NCBI GenBank assembly: GCA_002269645.1
Contig: NIVC01000813.1
Location: forward strand, 1-50,704
From: Macrostomum lignano
Taxonomy: Eukaryota
DNA: 50,704 nt
Direction of reading: 5' to 3'
Under the pieces are notes generated by a model. It was not told the DNA's origin. It worked only from the letters and a program-made list of their open reading frames with translations, and did no database searches. Positions 1 to 12,939 of the stretch are shown here, piece after piece (within the stretch, counting starts at the first letter, position 1; the number at the start of each line of letters is the position of its first letter). Made by a program: the position numbers and the translations under genes.

Positions 1-31
<31 letters not shown>

Positions 32-639
32 GGCTTGTGAGCAGCAAGTGAACCAAATGACGGATGCAGCGGCGAGATCAGAATGCTCGCTGCTGATCGT
101 TAAAGCGCATTCTTGTCTCTTAGGCATGTCGCTGGCGTTGCTGACTTCAGAAGCTGCGAGGAAAAGAAATCAATTAAGATAGGCTTGCTTTAGTAATCAT
201 TAATAGGCTATAAAGGAACCCTTTAATAGAACGTGTTCAACTAATGCTGGGTCTGTTTTGAAAAGTCAGAACTCAGAAGTAGTCGCGATTAGAATCAGTA
301 TTGTCCCAATAAGTGCGACCCAACAAATGCTGTTCAAAAAATAGGCCTGGCTGCAATGTCCCAATAAATGCCCAACAAATTACTAGCCTTGAGCTAGGCT
401 GGGCTGTGTTTACTATTCATTGCGTTTGTAGCTTGTGTCCCAACAATGCCACTGAGATTGTTGCATTGCTTTTGAATTGTGCTCTACCAGGTAACACAAG
501 TACTCTGGTGTACAATACTTCTACAGCAGATAATACTCACCCAAAACAGATCGTCTCTTTCTCTTTAATCCTGTGCCGACGGGTTTTCTTCAGATCCACC
601 AGAAAATTCACAAATAGACTGACTGCCTGCACGGATAGC

Positions 640-672
<33 letters not shown>

Positions 673-1280
673 GCTTGTGAGCAGCAAGTGAACCAAATGA
701 CGGATGCAGCGGCGAGATCAGAATGCTCGCTGCTGATCGTTAAAGCGCATTCTTGTCTCTTAGGCATGTCGCTGGCGTTGCTGACTTCAGAAGCTGCGAG
801 GAAAAGAAATCAATTAAGATAGGCTTGCTTTAGTAATCATTAATAGGCTATAAAGGAACCCTTTAATAGAACGTGTTCAACTAATGCTGGGTCTGTTTTG
901 AAAAGTCAGAACTCAGAAGTAGTCGCGATTAGAATCAGTATTGTCCCAATAAGTGCGACCCAACAAATGCTGTTCAAAAAATAGGCCTGGCTGCAATGTC
1001 CCAATAAATGCCCAACAAATTACTAGCCTTGAGCTAGGCTGGGCTGTGTTTACTATTCATTGCGTTTGTAGCTTGTGTCCCAACAATGCCACTGAGATTG
1101 TTGCATTGCTTTTGAATTGTGCTCTACCAGGTAACACAAGTACTCTGGTGTACAATACTTCTACAGCAGATAATACTCACCCAAAACAGATCGTCTCTTT
1201 CTCTTTAATCCTGTGCCAGACGGGTTTTCTTCAGATCCACCAGAAAATTCACAAATAGACTGACTGCCTGCACGGATAGC

Positions 1281-1313
<33 letters not shown>

Positions 1314-3200
1314 GGCTTGTGAGCAGCAAGTGAACCAAATGACGGATGCAGCGGCGAGATCAGAATGCTCGCTGCTGATCGTTAAAGCGCATTCTTGTCT
1401 CTTAGGCATGTCGCTGGCGTTGCTGACTTCAGAAGCTGCGAGGAAAAGAAATCAATTAAGATAGGCTTGCTTTAGTAATCATTAATAGGCTATAAAGGAA
1501 CCCTTTAATAGAACGTGTTCAACTAATGCTGGGTCTGTTTTGAAAAGTCAGAACTCAGAAGTAGTCGCGATTAGAATCAGTATTGTCCCAATAAGTGCGA
1601 CCCAACAAATGCTGTTCAAAAAATAGGCCTGGCTGCAATGTCCCAATAAATGCCCAACAAATTACTAGCCTTGAGCTAGGCTGGGCTGTGTTTACTATTC
1701 ATTGCGTTTGTAGCTTGTGTCCCAACAATGCCACTGAGATTGTTGCATTGCTTTTGAATTGTGCTCTACCAGGTAACACAAGTACTCTGGTGTACAATAC
1801 TTCTACAGCAGATAATACTCACCCAAAACAGATCGTCTCTTTCTCTTTAATCCTGTGCCAGACGGGTTTTCTTCAGATCCACCAGAAAATTCACAAATAG
1901 ACTGACTGCCTGCACGGATAGCGGCTGCTGCTGCTGCTGCTGCTGCTGCTGCGGCTTGTGAGCAGCAAGTGAACCAAATGACGGATGCAGCGGCGAGATC
2001 AGAATGCTCGCTGCTGATCGTTAAAGCGCATTCTTGTCTCTTAGGCATGTCGCTGGCGTTGCTGACTTCAGAAGCTGCGAGGAAAAGAAATCAATTAAGA
2101 TAGGCTTGCTTTAGTAATCATTAATAGGCTATAAAGGAACCCTTTAATAGAACGTGTTCAACTAATGCTGGGTCTGTTTTGAAAAGTCAGAACTCAGAAG
2201 TAGTCGCGATTAGAATCAGTATTGTCCCAATAAGTGCGACCCAACAAATGCTGTTCAAAAAATAGGCCTGGCTGCAATGTCCCAATAAATGCCCAACAAA
2301 TTACTAGCCTTGAGCTAGGCTGGGCTGTGTTTACTATTCATTGCGTTTGTAGCTTGTGTCCCAACAATGCCACTGAGATTGTTGCATTGCTTTTGAATTG
2401 TGCTCTACCAGGTAACACAAGTACTCTGGTGTACAATACTTCTACAGCAGATAATACTCACCCAAAACAGATCGTCTCTTTCTCTTTAATCCTGTGCCAG
2501 ACGGGTTTTCTTCAGATCCACCAGAAAATTCACAAATAGACTGACTGCCTGCACGGATAGCGGCTGCTGCTGCTGCTGCTGCTGCTGCTGCGGCTTGTGA
2601 GCAGCAAGTGAACCAAATGACGGATGCAGCGGCGAGATCAGAATGCTCGCTGCTGATCGTTAAAGCGCATTCTTGTCTCTTAGGCATGTCGCTGGCGTTG
2701 CTGACTTCAGAAGCTGCGAGGAAAAGAAATCAATTAAGATAGGCTTGCTTTAGTAATCATTAATAGGCTATAAAGGAACCCTTTAATAGAACGTGTTCAA
2801 CTAATGCTGGGTCTGTTTTGAAAAGTCAGAACTCAGAAGTAGTCGCGATTAGAATCAGTATTGTCCCAATAAGTGCGACCCAACAAATGCTGTTCAAAAA
2901 ATAGGCCTGGCTGCAATGTCCCAATAAATGCCCAACAAATTACTAGCCTTGAGCTAGGCTGGGCTGTGTTTACTATTCATTGCGTTTGTAGCTTGTGTCC
3001 CAACAATGCCACTGAGATTGTTGCATTGCTTTTGAATTGTGCTCTACCAGGTAACACAAGTACTCTGGTGTACAATACTTCTACAGCAGATAATACTCAC
3101 CCAAAACAGATCGTCTCTTTCTCTTTAATCCTGTGCCAGACGGGTTTTCTTCAGATCCACCAGAAAATTCACAAATAGACTGACTGCCTGCACGGATAGC

Positions 3201-3236
<36 letters not shown>

Positions 3237-3845
3237 GGCTTGTGAGCAGCAAGTGAACCAAATGACGGATGCAGCGGCGAGATCAGAATGCTCGCTGCTG
3301 ATCGTTAAAGCGCATTCTTGTCTCTTAGGCATGTCGCTGGCGTTGCTGACTTCAGAAGCTGCGAGGAAAAGAAATCAATTAAGATAGGCTTGCTTTAGTA
3401 ATCATTAATAGGCTATAAAGGAACCCTTTAATAGAACGTGTTCAACTAATGCTGGGTCTGTTTTGAAAAGTCAGAACTCAGAAGTAGTCGCGATTAGAAT
3501 CAGTATTGTCCCAATAAGTGCGACCCAACAAATGCTGTTCAAAAAATAGGCCTGGCTGCAATGTCCCAATAAATGCCCAACAAATTACTAGCCTTGAGCT
3601 AGGCTGGGCTGTGTTTACTATTCATTGCGTTTGTAGCTTGTGTCCCAACAATGCCACTGAGATTGTTGCATTGCTTTTGAATTGTGCTCTACCAGGTAAC
3701 ACAAGTACTCTGGTGTACAATACTTCTACAGCAGATAATACTCACCCAAAACAGATCGTCTCTTTCTCTTTAATCCTGTGCCAGACGGGTTTTCTTCAGA
3801 TCCACCAGAAAATTCACAAATAGACTGACTGCCTGCACGGATAGC

Positions 3846-3878
<33 letters not shown>

Positions 3879-4487
3879 GGCTTGTGAGCAGCAAGTGAAC
3901 CAAATGACGGATGCAGCGGCGAGATCAGAATGCTCGCTGCTGATCGTTAAAGCGCATTCTTGTCTCTTAGGCATGTCGCTGGCGTTGCTGACTTCAGAAG
4001 CTGCGAGGAAAAGAAATCAATTAAGATAGGCTTGCTTTAGTAATCATTAATAGGCTATAAAGGAACCCTTTAATAGAACGTGTTCAACTAATGCTGGGTC
4101 TGTTTTGAAAAGTCAGAACTCAGAAGTAGTCGCGATTAGAATCAGTATTGTCCCAATAAGTGCGACCCAACAAATGCTGTTCAAAAAATAGGCCTGGCTG
4201 CAATGTCCCAATAAATGCCCAACAAATTACTAGCCTTGAGCTAGGCTGGGCTGTGTTTACTATTCATTGCGTTTGTAGCTTGTGTCCCAACAATGCCACT
4301 GAGATTGTTGCATTGCTTTTGAATTGTGCTCTACCAGGTAACACAAGTACTCTGGTGTACAATACTTCTACAGCAGATAATACTCACCCAAAACAGATCG
4401 TCTCTTTCTCTTTAATCCTGTGCCAGACGGGTTTTCTTCAGATCCACCAGAAAATTCACAAATAGACTGACTGCCTGCACGGATAGC

Positions 4488-4520
<33 letters not shown>

Positions 4521-5129
4521 GGCTTGTGAGCAGCAAGTGAACCAAATGACGGATGCAGCGGCGAGATCAGAATGCTCGCTGCTGATCGTTAAAGCGCATT
4601 CTTGTCTCTTAGGCATGTCGCTGGCGTTGCTGACTTCAGAAGCTGCGAGGAAAAGAAATCAATTAAGATAGGCTTGCTTTAGTAATCATTAATAGGCTAT
4701 AAAGGAACCCTTTAATAGAACGTGTTCAACTAATGCTGGGTCTGTTTTGAAAAGTCAGAACTCAGAAGTAGTCGCGATTAGAATCAGTATTGTCCCAATA
4801 AGTGCGACCCAACAAATGCTGTTCAAAAAATAGGCCTGGCTGCAATGTCCCAATAAATGCCCAACAAATTACTAGCCTTGAGCTAGGCTGGGCTGTGTTT
4901 ACTATTCATTGCGTTTGTAGCTTGTGTCCCAACAATGCCACTGAGATTGTTGCATTGCTTTTGAATTGTGCTCTACCAGGTAACACAAGTACTCTGGTGT
5001 ACAATACTTCTACAGCAGATAATACTCACCCAAAACAGATCGTCTCTTTCTCTTTAATCCTGTGCCAGACGGGTTTTCTTCAGATCCACCAGAAAATTCA
5101 CAAATAGACTGACTGCCTGCACGGATAGC

Positions 5130-5165
<36 letters not shown>

Positions 5166-5774
5166 GGCTTGTGAGCAGCAAGTGAACCAAATGACGGATG
5201 CAGCGGCGAGATCAGAATGCTCGCTGCTGATCGTTAAAGCGCATTCTTGTCTCTTAGGCATGTCGCTGGCGTTGCTGACTTCAGAAGCTGCGAGGAAAAG
5301 AAATCAATTAAGATAGGCTTGCTTTAGTAATCATTAATAGGCTATAAAGGAACCCTTTAATAGAACGTGTTCAACTAATGCTGGGTCTGTTTTGAAAAGT
5401 CAGAACTCAGAAGTAGTCGCGATTAGAATCAGTATTGTCCCAATAAGTGCGACCCAACAAATGCTGTTCAAAAAATAGGCCTGGCTGCAATGTCCCAATA
5501 AATGCCCAACAAATTACTAGCCTTGAGCTAGGCTGGGCTGTGTTTACTATTCATTGCGTTTGTAGCTTGTGTCCCAACAATGCCACTGAGATTGTTGCAT
5601 TGCTTTTGAATTGTGCTCTACCAGGTAACACAAGTACTCTGGTGTACAATACTTCTACAGCAGATAATACTCACCCAAAACAGATCGTCTCTTTCTCTTT
5701 AATCCTGTGCCAGACGGGTTTTCTTCAGATCCACCAGAAAATTCACAAATAGACTGACTGCCTGCACGGATAGC

Positions 5775-5807
<33 letters not shown>

Positions 5808-7052
5808 GCTTGTGAGCAGCAAGTGAACCAAATGACGGATGCAGCGGCGAGATCAGAATGCTCGCTGCTGATCGTTAAAGCGCATTCTTGTCTCTTAGGC
5901 ATGTCGCTGGCGTTGCTGACTTCAGAAGCTGCGAGGAAAAGAAATCAATTAAGATAGGCTTGCTTTAGTAATCATTAATAGGCTATAAAGGAACCCTTTA
6001 ATAGAACGTGTTCAACTAATGCTGGGTCTGTTTTGAAAAGTCAGAACTCAGAAGTAGTCGCGATTAGAATCAGTATTGTCCCAATAAGTGCGACCCAACA
6101 AATGCTGTTCAAAAAATAGGCCTGGCTGCAATGTCCCAATAAATGCCCAACAAATTACTAGCCTTGAGCTAGGCTGGGCTGTGTTTACTATTCATTGCGT
6201 TTGTAGCTTGTGTCCCAACAATGCCACTGAGATTGTTGCATTGCTTTTGAATTGTGCTCTACCAGGTAACACAAGTACTCTGGTGTACAATACTTCTACA
6301 GCAGATAATACTCACCCAAAACAGATCGTCTCTTTCTCTTTAATCCTGTGCCAGACGGGTTTTCTTCAGATCCACCAGAAAATTCACAAATAGACTGACT
6401 GCCTGCACGGATAGCGGCTGCTGCTCTGCTGCTGCTGCTGCTGCGGCTTGTGAGCAGCAAGTGAACCAAATGACGGATGCAGCGGCGAGATCAGAATGCT
6501 CGCTGCTGATCGTTAAAGCGCATTCTTGTCTCTTAGGCATGTCGCTGGCGTTGCTGACTTCAGAAGCTGCGAGGAAAAGAAATCAATTAAGATAGGCTTG
6601 CTTTAGTAATCATTAATAGGCTATAAAGGAACCCTTTAATAGAACGTGTTCAACTAATGCTGGGTCTGTTTTGAAAAGTCAGAACTCAGAAGTAGTCGCG
6701 ATTAGAATCAGTATTGTCCCAATAAGTGCGACCCAACAAATGCTGTTCAAAAAATAGGCCTGGCTGCAATGTCCCAATAAATGCCCAACAAATTACTAGC
6801 CTTGAGCTAGGCTGGGCTGTGTTTACTATTCATTGCGTTTGTAGCTTGTGTCCCAACAATGCCACTGAGATTGTTGCATTGCTTTTGAATTGTGCTCTAC
6901 AGGTAACACAAGTACTCTGGTGTACAATACTTCTACAGCAGATAATACTCACCCAAAACAGATCGTCTCTTTCTCTTTAATCCTGTGCCAGACGGGTTTT
7001 CTTCAGATCCACCAGAAAATTCACAAATAGACTGACTGCCTGCACGGATAGC

Positions 7053-7085
<33 letters not shown>

Positions 7086-7694
7086 GGCTTGTGAGCAGCA
7101 AGTGAACCAAATGACGGATGCAGCGGCGAGATCAGAATGCTCGCTGCTGATCGTTAAAGCGCATTCTTGTCTCTTAGGCATGTCGCTGGCGTTGCTGACT
7201 TCAGAAGCTGCGAGGAAAAGAAATCAATTAAGATAGGCTTGCTTTAGTAATCATTAATAGGCTATAAAGGAACCCTTTAATAGAACGTGTTCAACTAATG
7301 CTGGGTCTGTTTTGAAAAGTCAGAACTCAGAAGTAGTCGCGATTAGAATCAGTATTGTCCCAATAAGTGCGACCCAACAAATGCTGTTCAAAAAATAGGC
7401 CTGGCTGCAATGTCCCAATAAATGCCCAACAAATTACTAGCCTTGAGCTAGGCTGGGCTGTGTTTACTATTCATTGCGTTTGTAGCTTGTGTCCCAACAA
7501 TGCCACTGAGATTGTTGCATTGCTTTTGAATTGTGCTCTACCAGGTAACACAAGTACTCTGGTGTACAATACTTCTACAGCAGATAATACTCACCCAAAA
7601 CAGATCGTCTCTTTCTCTTTAATCCTGTGCCAGACGGGTTTTCTTCAGATCCACCAGAAAATTCACAAATAGACTGACTGCCTGCACGGATAGC

Positions 7695-7727
<33 letters not shown>

Positions 7728-8336
7728 GGCTTGTGAGCAGCAAGTGAACCAAATGACGGATGCAGCGGCGAGATCAGAATGCTCGCTGCTGATCGTTAAA
7801 GCGCATTCTTGTCTCTTAGGCATGTCGCTGGCGTTGCTGACTTCAGAAGCTGCGAGGAAAAGAAATCAATTAAGATAGGCTTGCTTTAGTAATCATTAAT
7901 AGGCTATAAAGGAACCCTTTAATAGAACGTGTTCAACTAATGCTGGGTCTGTTTTGAAAAGTCAGAACTCAGAAGTAGTCGCGATTAGAATCAGTATTGT
8001 CCCAATAAGTGCGACCCAACAAATGCTGTTCAAAAAATAGGCCTGGCTGCAATGTCCCAATAAATGCCCAACAAATTACTAGCCTTGAGCTAGGCTGGGC
8101 TGTGTTTACTATTCATTGCGTTTGTAGCTTGTGTCCCAACAATGCCACTGAGATTGTTGCATTGCTTTTGAATTGTGCTCTACCAGGTAACACAAGTACT
8201 CTGGTGTACAATACTTCTACAGCAGATAATACTCACCCAAAACAGATCGTCTCTTTCTCTTTAATCCTGTGCCAGACGGGTTTTCTTCAGATCCACCAGA
8301 AAATTCACAAATAGACTGACTGCCTGCACGGATAGC

Positions 8337-8372
<36 letters not shown>

Positions 8373-9040
8373 GGCTTGTGAGCAGCAAGTGAACCAAATG
8401 ACGGATGCAGCGGCGAGATCAGAATGCTCGCTGCTGATCGTTAAAGCGCATTCTTGTCTCTTAGGCATGTCGCTGGCGTTGCTGACTTCAGAAGCTGCGA
8501 GGAAAAGAAATCAATTAAGATAGGCTTGCTTTAGTAATCATTAATAGGCTATAAAGGAACCCTTTAATAGAACGTGTTCAACTAATGCTGGGTCTGTTTT
8601 GAAAAGTCAGAACTCAGAAGTAGTCGCGATTAGAATCAGTATTGTCCCAATAAGTGCGACCCAACAAATGCTGTTCAAAAAATAGGCCTGGCTGCAATGT
8701 CCCAATAAATGCCCAACAAATTACTAGCCTTGAGCTAGGCTGGGCTGTGTTTACTATTCTTTGCGTTTGTAGCTTGTGTCCCAACAATGCCACTGAGATT
8801 GTTGCATTGCTTTTGAATTGTGCTCTATCAGGTAACACAAGTACTCTGGTGTACAATACTTCTACAGCAGATAATACTCACCCAAAACAGATCGTCTCTT
8901 TCTCTTTAATCCTGTGCCAGACGGGTTTTCTTCAGATCCACCAGAAAATTCACAAATAGACTGACTGCCTGCACGGATAGCGGCTGCTGCTGCTGCGGCT
9001 TGTGAGCAGCAAGTGAACCAAATGACGGATGCAGCGGCGA
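1..9040. repeat. Tandem array of ~638-645 bp units (14 complete plus a partial one running off the window start), each with a variable (CTG)n tract
   Basis: The identical 101-aa plus-strand ORF recurs at 313, 953, 1595, 2234, 2873, 3518, 4160, 4802, 5447, 6088, 6726, 7367, 8009 and 8654. Spacing varies mostly by multiples of 3 because of CTG number. The array ends at ~9040 where unique sequence begins. Confidence 0.97.
541..8494 (-). CDS. 13 tandem chimeric exons (~252-258 nt each; 10 in frame, 3 with 1-2 nt deletions), e.g. 8237-8494
   Basis: Each unit has acceptor ttgatttcttttcctcgcag| and donor |gtgagt with open frame SEVSNASDMPKRQECALTISSEHSD-LAAASVIWFTCCSQ(A)12-14IRAG...LKRKRRSVL. Whether they are spliced is unverified. 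Confidence 0.45.
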
Positions 9041-9058
9041 GTTTGAATGCGGATGAAC
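8882..9058 (-). CDS. Putative internal exon (177 nt, phase 1-1) of an unidentified gene; source exon of the tandem array
   Basis: Acceptor ttttcttttgtgcgcccacgcacag| at 9058, donor ttgg|gtgagt at 8882. The open frame SSAFKLAAASVIWFTCCSQAAAAAAAIRAGSQSICEFSGGSEENPSGTGLKRKRRSVL fits the phase-1 acceptor found in each repeat unit. No recognisable family. Confidence 0.6.
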
Positions 9059-11513
9059 CTGTGCGTGGGCGCACAAAAGAAAAATAACTTATTGAGAAAT
9101 CGGTCTGATTTGTTTGAAAACAGATTTAAATGTCGCTGTTCTAATAAATGCTTCATTGTCAATGAAATTTTACTGTACAATTAAAATACTCGAGGTTTGT
9201 CCCAACGCTGCTGCTTGTGTGAGTCAGATGGAGTACAATTTTCACTTTCCCGATAGTGCCGCAACAACTTACTTTCTCACTAGCTGACTGCAGGCAGGCT
9301 TGCTTGTTTTAATAATGCCCTAGAGAACAAAACACTTATTGCAATTGAGTTTCAGTTACTAGGAGTTGCAATTTTCTGAGATCCTATCTCTTTGCTGACC
9401 GCCCATTTTTCCATTCAGATGAGCTTCTTTTTTGCTGCTGACTCTGCCCTGCTTTTCTTTCGGCGTTTGCCTTTGCAGTAAGCTTTGTTTCTCGTTCTAG
9501 AATGCTGTCATTTTTATACTGTTCTTTAGTTATGCAATAGCACTGCTTTGGGTAAAAAAATAATTCGACTATCGAATTATAACAGTAATATATTACATTA
9601 GTTGCCCAGAAAACTCACATAGTATTTCTCCAAGTCTCTAGTACTGTGGGCGATGTGTCGTGCGAGATTTCTTTCCCAAATGTTTTGATTGAAACTTCTA
9701 GTAAAATTTGTTCTTCCTAGAAGTGTAAATTTTGCCTACTTATGATTGCTCAACTGGCTGTTGTAAATTAATTGATAAATAAGGTGATCGTTCCGCCTCT
9801 CTTATATTTCACTGAGCTCAGAGTATTACTAGGCTGCTTATTATTTTTTTCAACGTACAAAAATACGACATATACGAGTACGAGACAATACTTACTGGAC
9901 AATGAAGGCAAATCTGTTTGTTATAGAAGAAAACGGTAAGCTTATCGATATCAACGTATCTGGAATTTTAGAAAAGACATATGTAAATTCCAGTTAAGTT
10001 TTTATTTAATCATAAAATTTTAAAAAGAATTTTAAATTCTACTTACATATGTGTAATGGTTCCTAGCCAAGTCTTTTCATGCCAGGTCATGCATGGTAAC
10101 TCTTGTGACGTGGCACATTTTGTCTGTGTAGTGCAGGTCTCGTAAATGAATTATATTCGTTTGAACATATGCAGTACGCCGTTTGTCAAAGGGAACTTCT
10201 ACATGTACCTTTCCGTTAGAATTGGCTCTTCCTCTTGTAGACCTCAACTTCAGTGTAAACTTTATCCTGACTCCCTTGCGCCCGCCTCTCCTCCCCGCTC
10301 CCCCCCCCGCGATAGGAATGTACACGTGGCCTGGGTAAGGGATTGCCTGGGTCTTGTACACGCTTGTCCTAACACTTCTGCACTGTACGTGGGTTTATCT
10401 TTACGATCCAAGATAAGGCCTAGTAGTTTTTTCATGTTTTTCAGGAAGGCCTAGTAGTTAGTTTTGGGCCAACTAGTCATCGATTTCGACTTTACAGTGA
10501 CAGTGACACGCAAACATGTGCTAGCAGTCCATGCAGTCATCTAAGTTTCTTGGTATCTCAGTACATTTCAGTATACCAGACGATAATTATCACAATTCTA
10601 GAAAACATTTTGCTGCATAGTATGGCTGCCAAAACCCAGGCCAATAAGGAAGTCATTTAAAGCCTTAGAGATTAAACGTTTCCCTTTAATACTCGTCCTT
10701 GGTTTTCTCGGGAAATGCAAAGTTTTTCTTTGCCCTTTATTTCTTTGCTCTAAAAGCGCTTCATAAGACTGAGAATTTCCACCGGAAAACTACCTCACTC
10801 AAAGTGTCACTTTACGTTAATGGCCTCCAGTCACTAACTTGAGTCCGTTAATCCCATTCACATATGACAAATAGATTAATGCAGCGGATTTAAAACGAGA
10901 ATTTCAGTTAAAATGGCCGAGGGCACAGGCGGATGTAACCTTAATTTGCCATGTTTCGTGTATAAGTGAAATTGGAAGCTAATGAATTTAGATGCTAGCT
11001 GTTTCTATGCAAAAATCTAAATATACTAAATCTATAAGGTTTGTATGCTTGATTGTAATATTCTAAATCTTTATTAAATTATTTCATATTTTATAGTAAA
11101 CACGATGCCAAATGTCAGGATCCTTTCAAGTGTCGATTGGCAGCCCTGTGGAGAACCTCTATCTGTTACTTGTAGTAGACTTTCTTGATATTGTAAGAAA
11201 TATTGTAATAAAACGAGAATTCCGATTTGAGACCCAATTGTTCTGTTGGATCAGACCATCAGTTCGCATAATTTTTTAAACTTCTTAGGACACTGCAAAT
11301 CATTAGATTCCCCGTGTTTGATTAAAAATATGAAAAAATGACATTGATTTTTGAAAGGAGAATCGAAAGACGGTTCCAATGAATATTTTTTCATTTCAAT
11401 AGACTTCATTTTTGGAAGTGTCGGGACGCACTTATTGGGCCTGGCCCAACACATTTTTGGTCCTAATAGCACGGGTCAGTTTATACACGCTTGTCCCAAG
11501 AAATGCCTAATGC

Positions 11514-11514
11514 A

Positions 11515-11547
<33 letters not shown>
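11514..11547. repeat. (CA)n microsatellite
   Basis: Directly visible; it explains the HTHT/CVCV ORFs. Confidence 0.95.
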
Positions 11548-11549
<2 letters not shown>

Positions 11550-11919
11550 GTGTACAGCGGCCCTAACTTTATTTATCGTTAGGAATGTACACTTCACTGT
11601 GTCTCGGGCGTTGGCCCTCAAGCTGGGCGTTAATTGCACGAGCAGAGCCAAGCCGATATTCCAATTCAGCTCCAAGTTAATGTAGGCTACGGCGCACCTT
11701 AGGGTTGCGGCACCTCAATGCAGACAGTTCGACATCAGTTTTCATGATGATTTTGCTGTCATCTCCAGTTAATAACAACAACAATATTAATGGTTAATAT
11801 GTTTATTAAAGCTATTCGCAAAATACAATAAAACTGTTCCTATACCCTACTACTAGTGTATTCTGTTGTTGCAGTCAGCCAAAACCCGCTTAGCGCTTCT
11901 TTTTAATCCAGAAGATGTC

Positions 11920-12939
11920 TTCAAAATCAGTCGGAAACCCGGGAAGACAGCTGGCTGCAGGTGCAAACGATGCTGGAAAATGTTTGCAAAGACTCGCTGT
12001 TGAGCCAGGCGTTTAATTTCCATACAGATGTGGCGCAAAGACCCGGGACGCTGGCTCGATCTTGGGTAGGAAATTTTCTGCGCACAGATGTCCGGTTGGT
12101 CCATAGCTAAATATAATTTCCTTCTTTCTCTTGGGTCTCACTCACCTGAGCCATCAAATAGCGTTAGCACAGGCTTTTGGAGGCTGGAGATTCTTCAAAG
12201 TCAAAGAAATTTTCTGCGCAGAGCGTCGGCAGTAGCAGGTGCAGCGTCGGGCTTTGCCTTGTTTGCGGAACCAGCGCACAGAAAAGGCGCCAGCTGGGAG
12301 ATGCAGCCCCCTCCCCCACCTACAGAAGTCTATATAACCAAGCACCGACTGGGGAGATTTCTATTTCAAAATCGACACTTTCTGCTCAGTACAAGGCAAA
12401 ACAACTTCTCAACGAACGGGCAGTCTGGACAAGATGTGCGCTCAAGTTGGTAATCGGCGTTGGACTTGGTTGACTCTGCTCTGCCTTCTGCTGACTCTGC
12501 TGCACCGTGAGTCTGGGATAGCTCATTAATTTGGGGCCTGTGCAACAATGCCTGTCTGAGGATGGGAAAGTCAGGGGAGCTGTGGACACCCTGTGTAGCA
12601 GTGCTGCGGGATCAGTGGAATGGGCACGACTGCTTTCATTGAAGCGTCTGATTCTCCTATACTAAATATCTAAACTAAATATCTACCATAAATAAATCGA
12701 TTTCAGCCCGTCATTCCGTGCTAGCCGATCCGGAGCAGATGGAAGAGGAGCTGACTAAACGGCCAGCAACTTCGCCGCCTGCGGTTGAGCAGAAGCCGGA
12801 GGAGCGCTTCTCGACCTTAGCTTCGGTTGGCCTCGGAAAGGACGTCGATGTGAAAGTCGACTCATTGCTGAAGCTGATTTTGCGAAACGCTATACCGGCT
12901 TCAAAGCGCGGTCTGGTGTTCTCTCGGCTCCGTATCTGA
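11920..12939 (+). other. GC-rich coding-like patches, possibly exons of an unidentified gene (e.g. 12708-12939 RHSVLADPEQMEEELTKRP...LRI*)
   Basis: GC-rich blocks in an AT-rich background with an acceptor-like atcgatttcag before 12708. Strand and splicing are unresolved, and no homology was recognised. Confidence 0.25.

Noticed and set aside
313-8959. Repeated 101-aa plus-strand ORF (MRPNKCCSK...)
   Set aside because: It starts at GTG, lies mostly in the minus-strand intron of each unit, has no domain, and recurs only because the unit is repeated.
1-9040. CRISPR-like or prokaryotic repeat system
   Set aside because: Units are contiguous near-identical copies with no unique spacers, there are no cas genes, and the context is a spliceosomal eukaryote.
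12177-12473. Cys cluster RCSVGLCLVC as a piggyBac-type cysteine-rich domain
   Set aside because: Cys spacing is incomplete, and there is no transposase core or TTAA-flanked TIRs.
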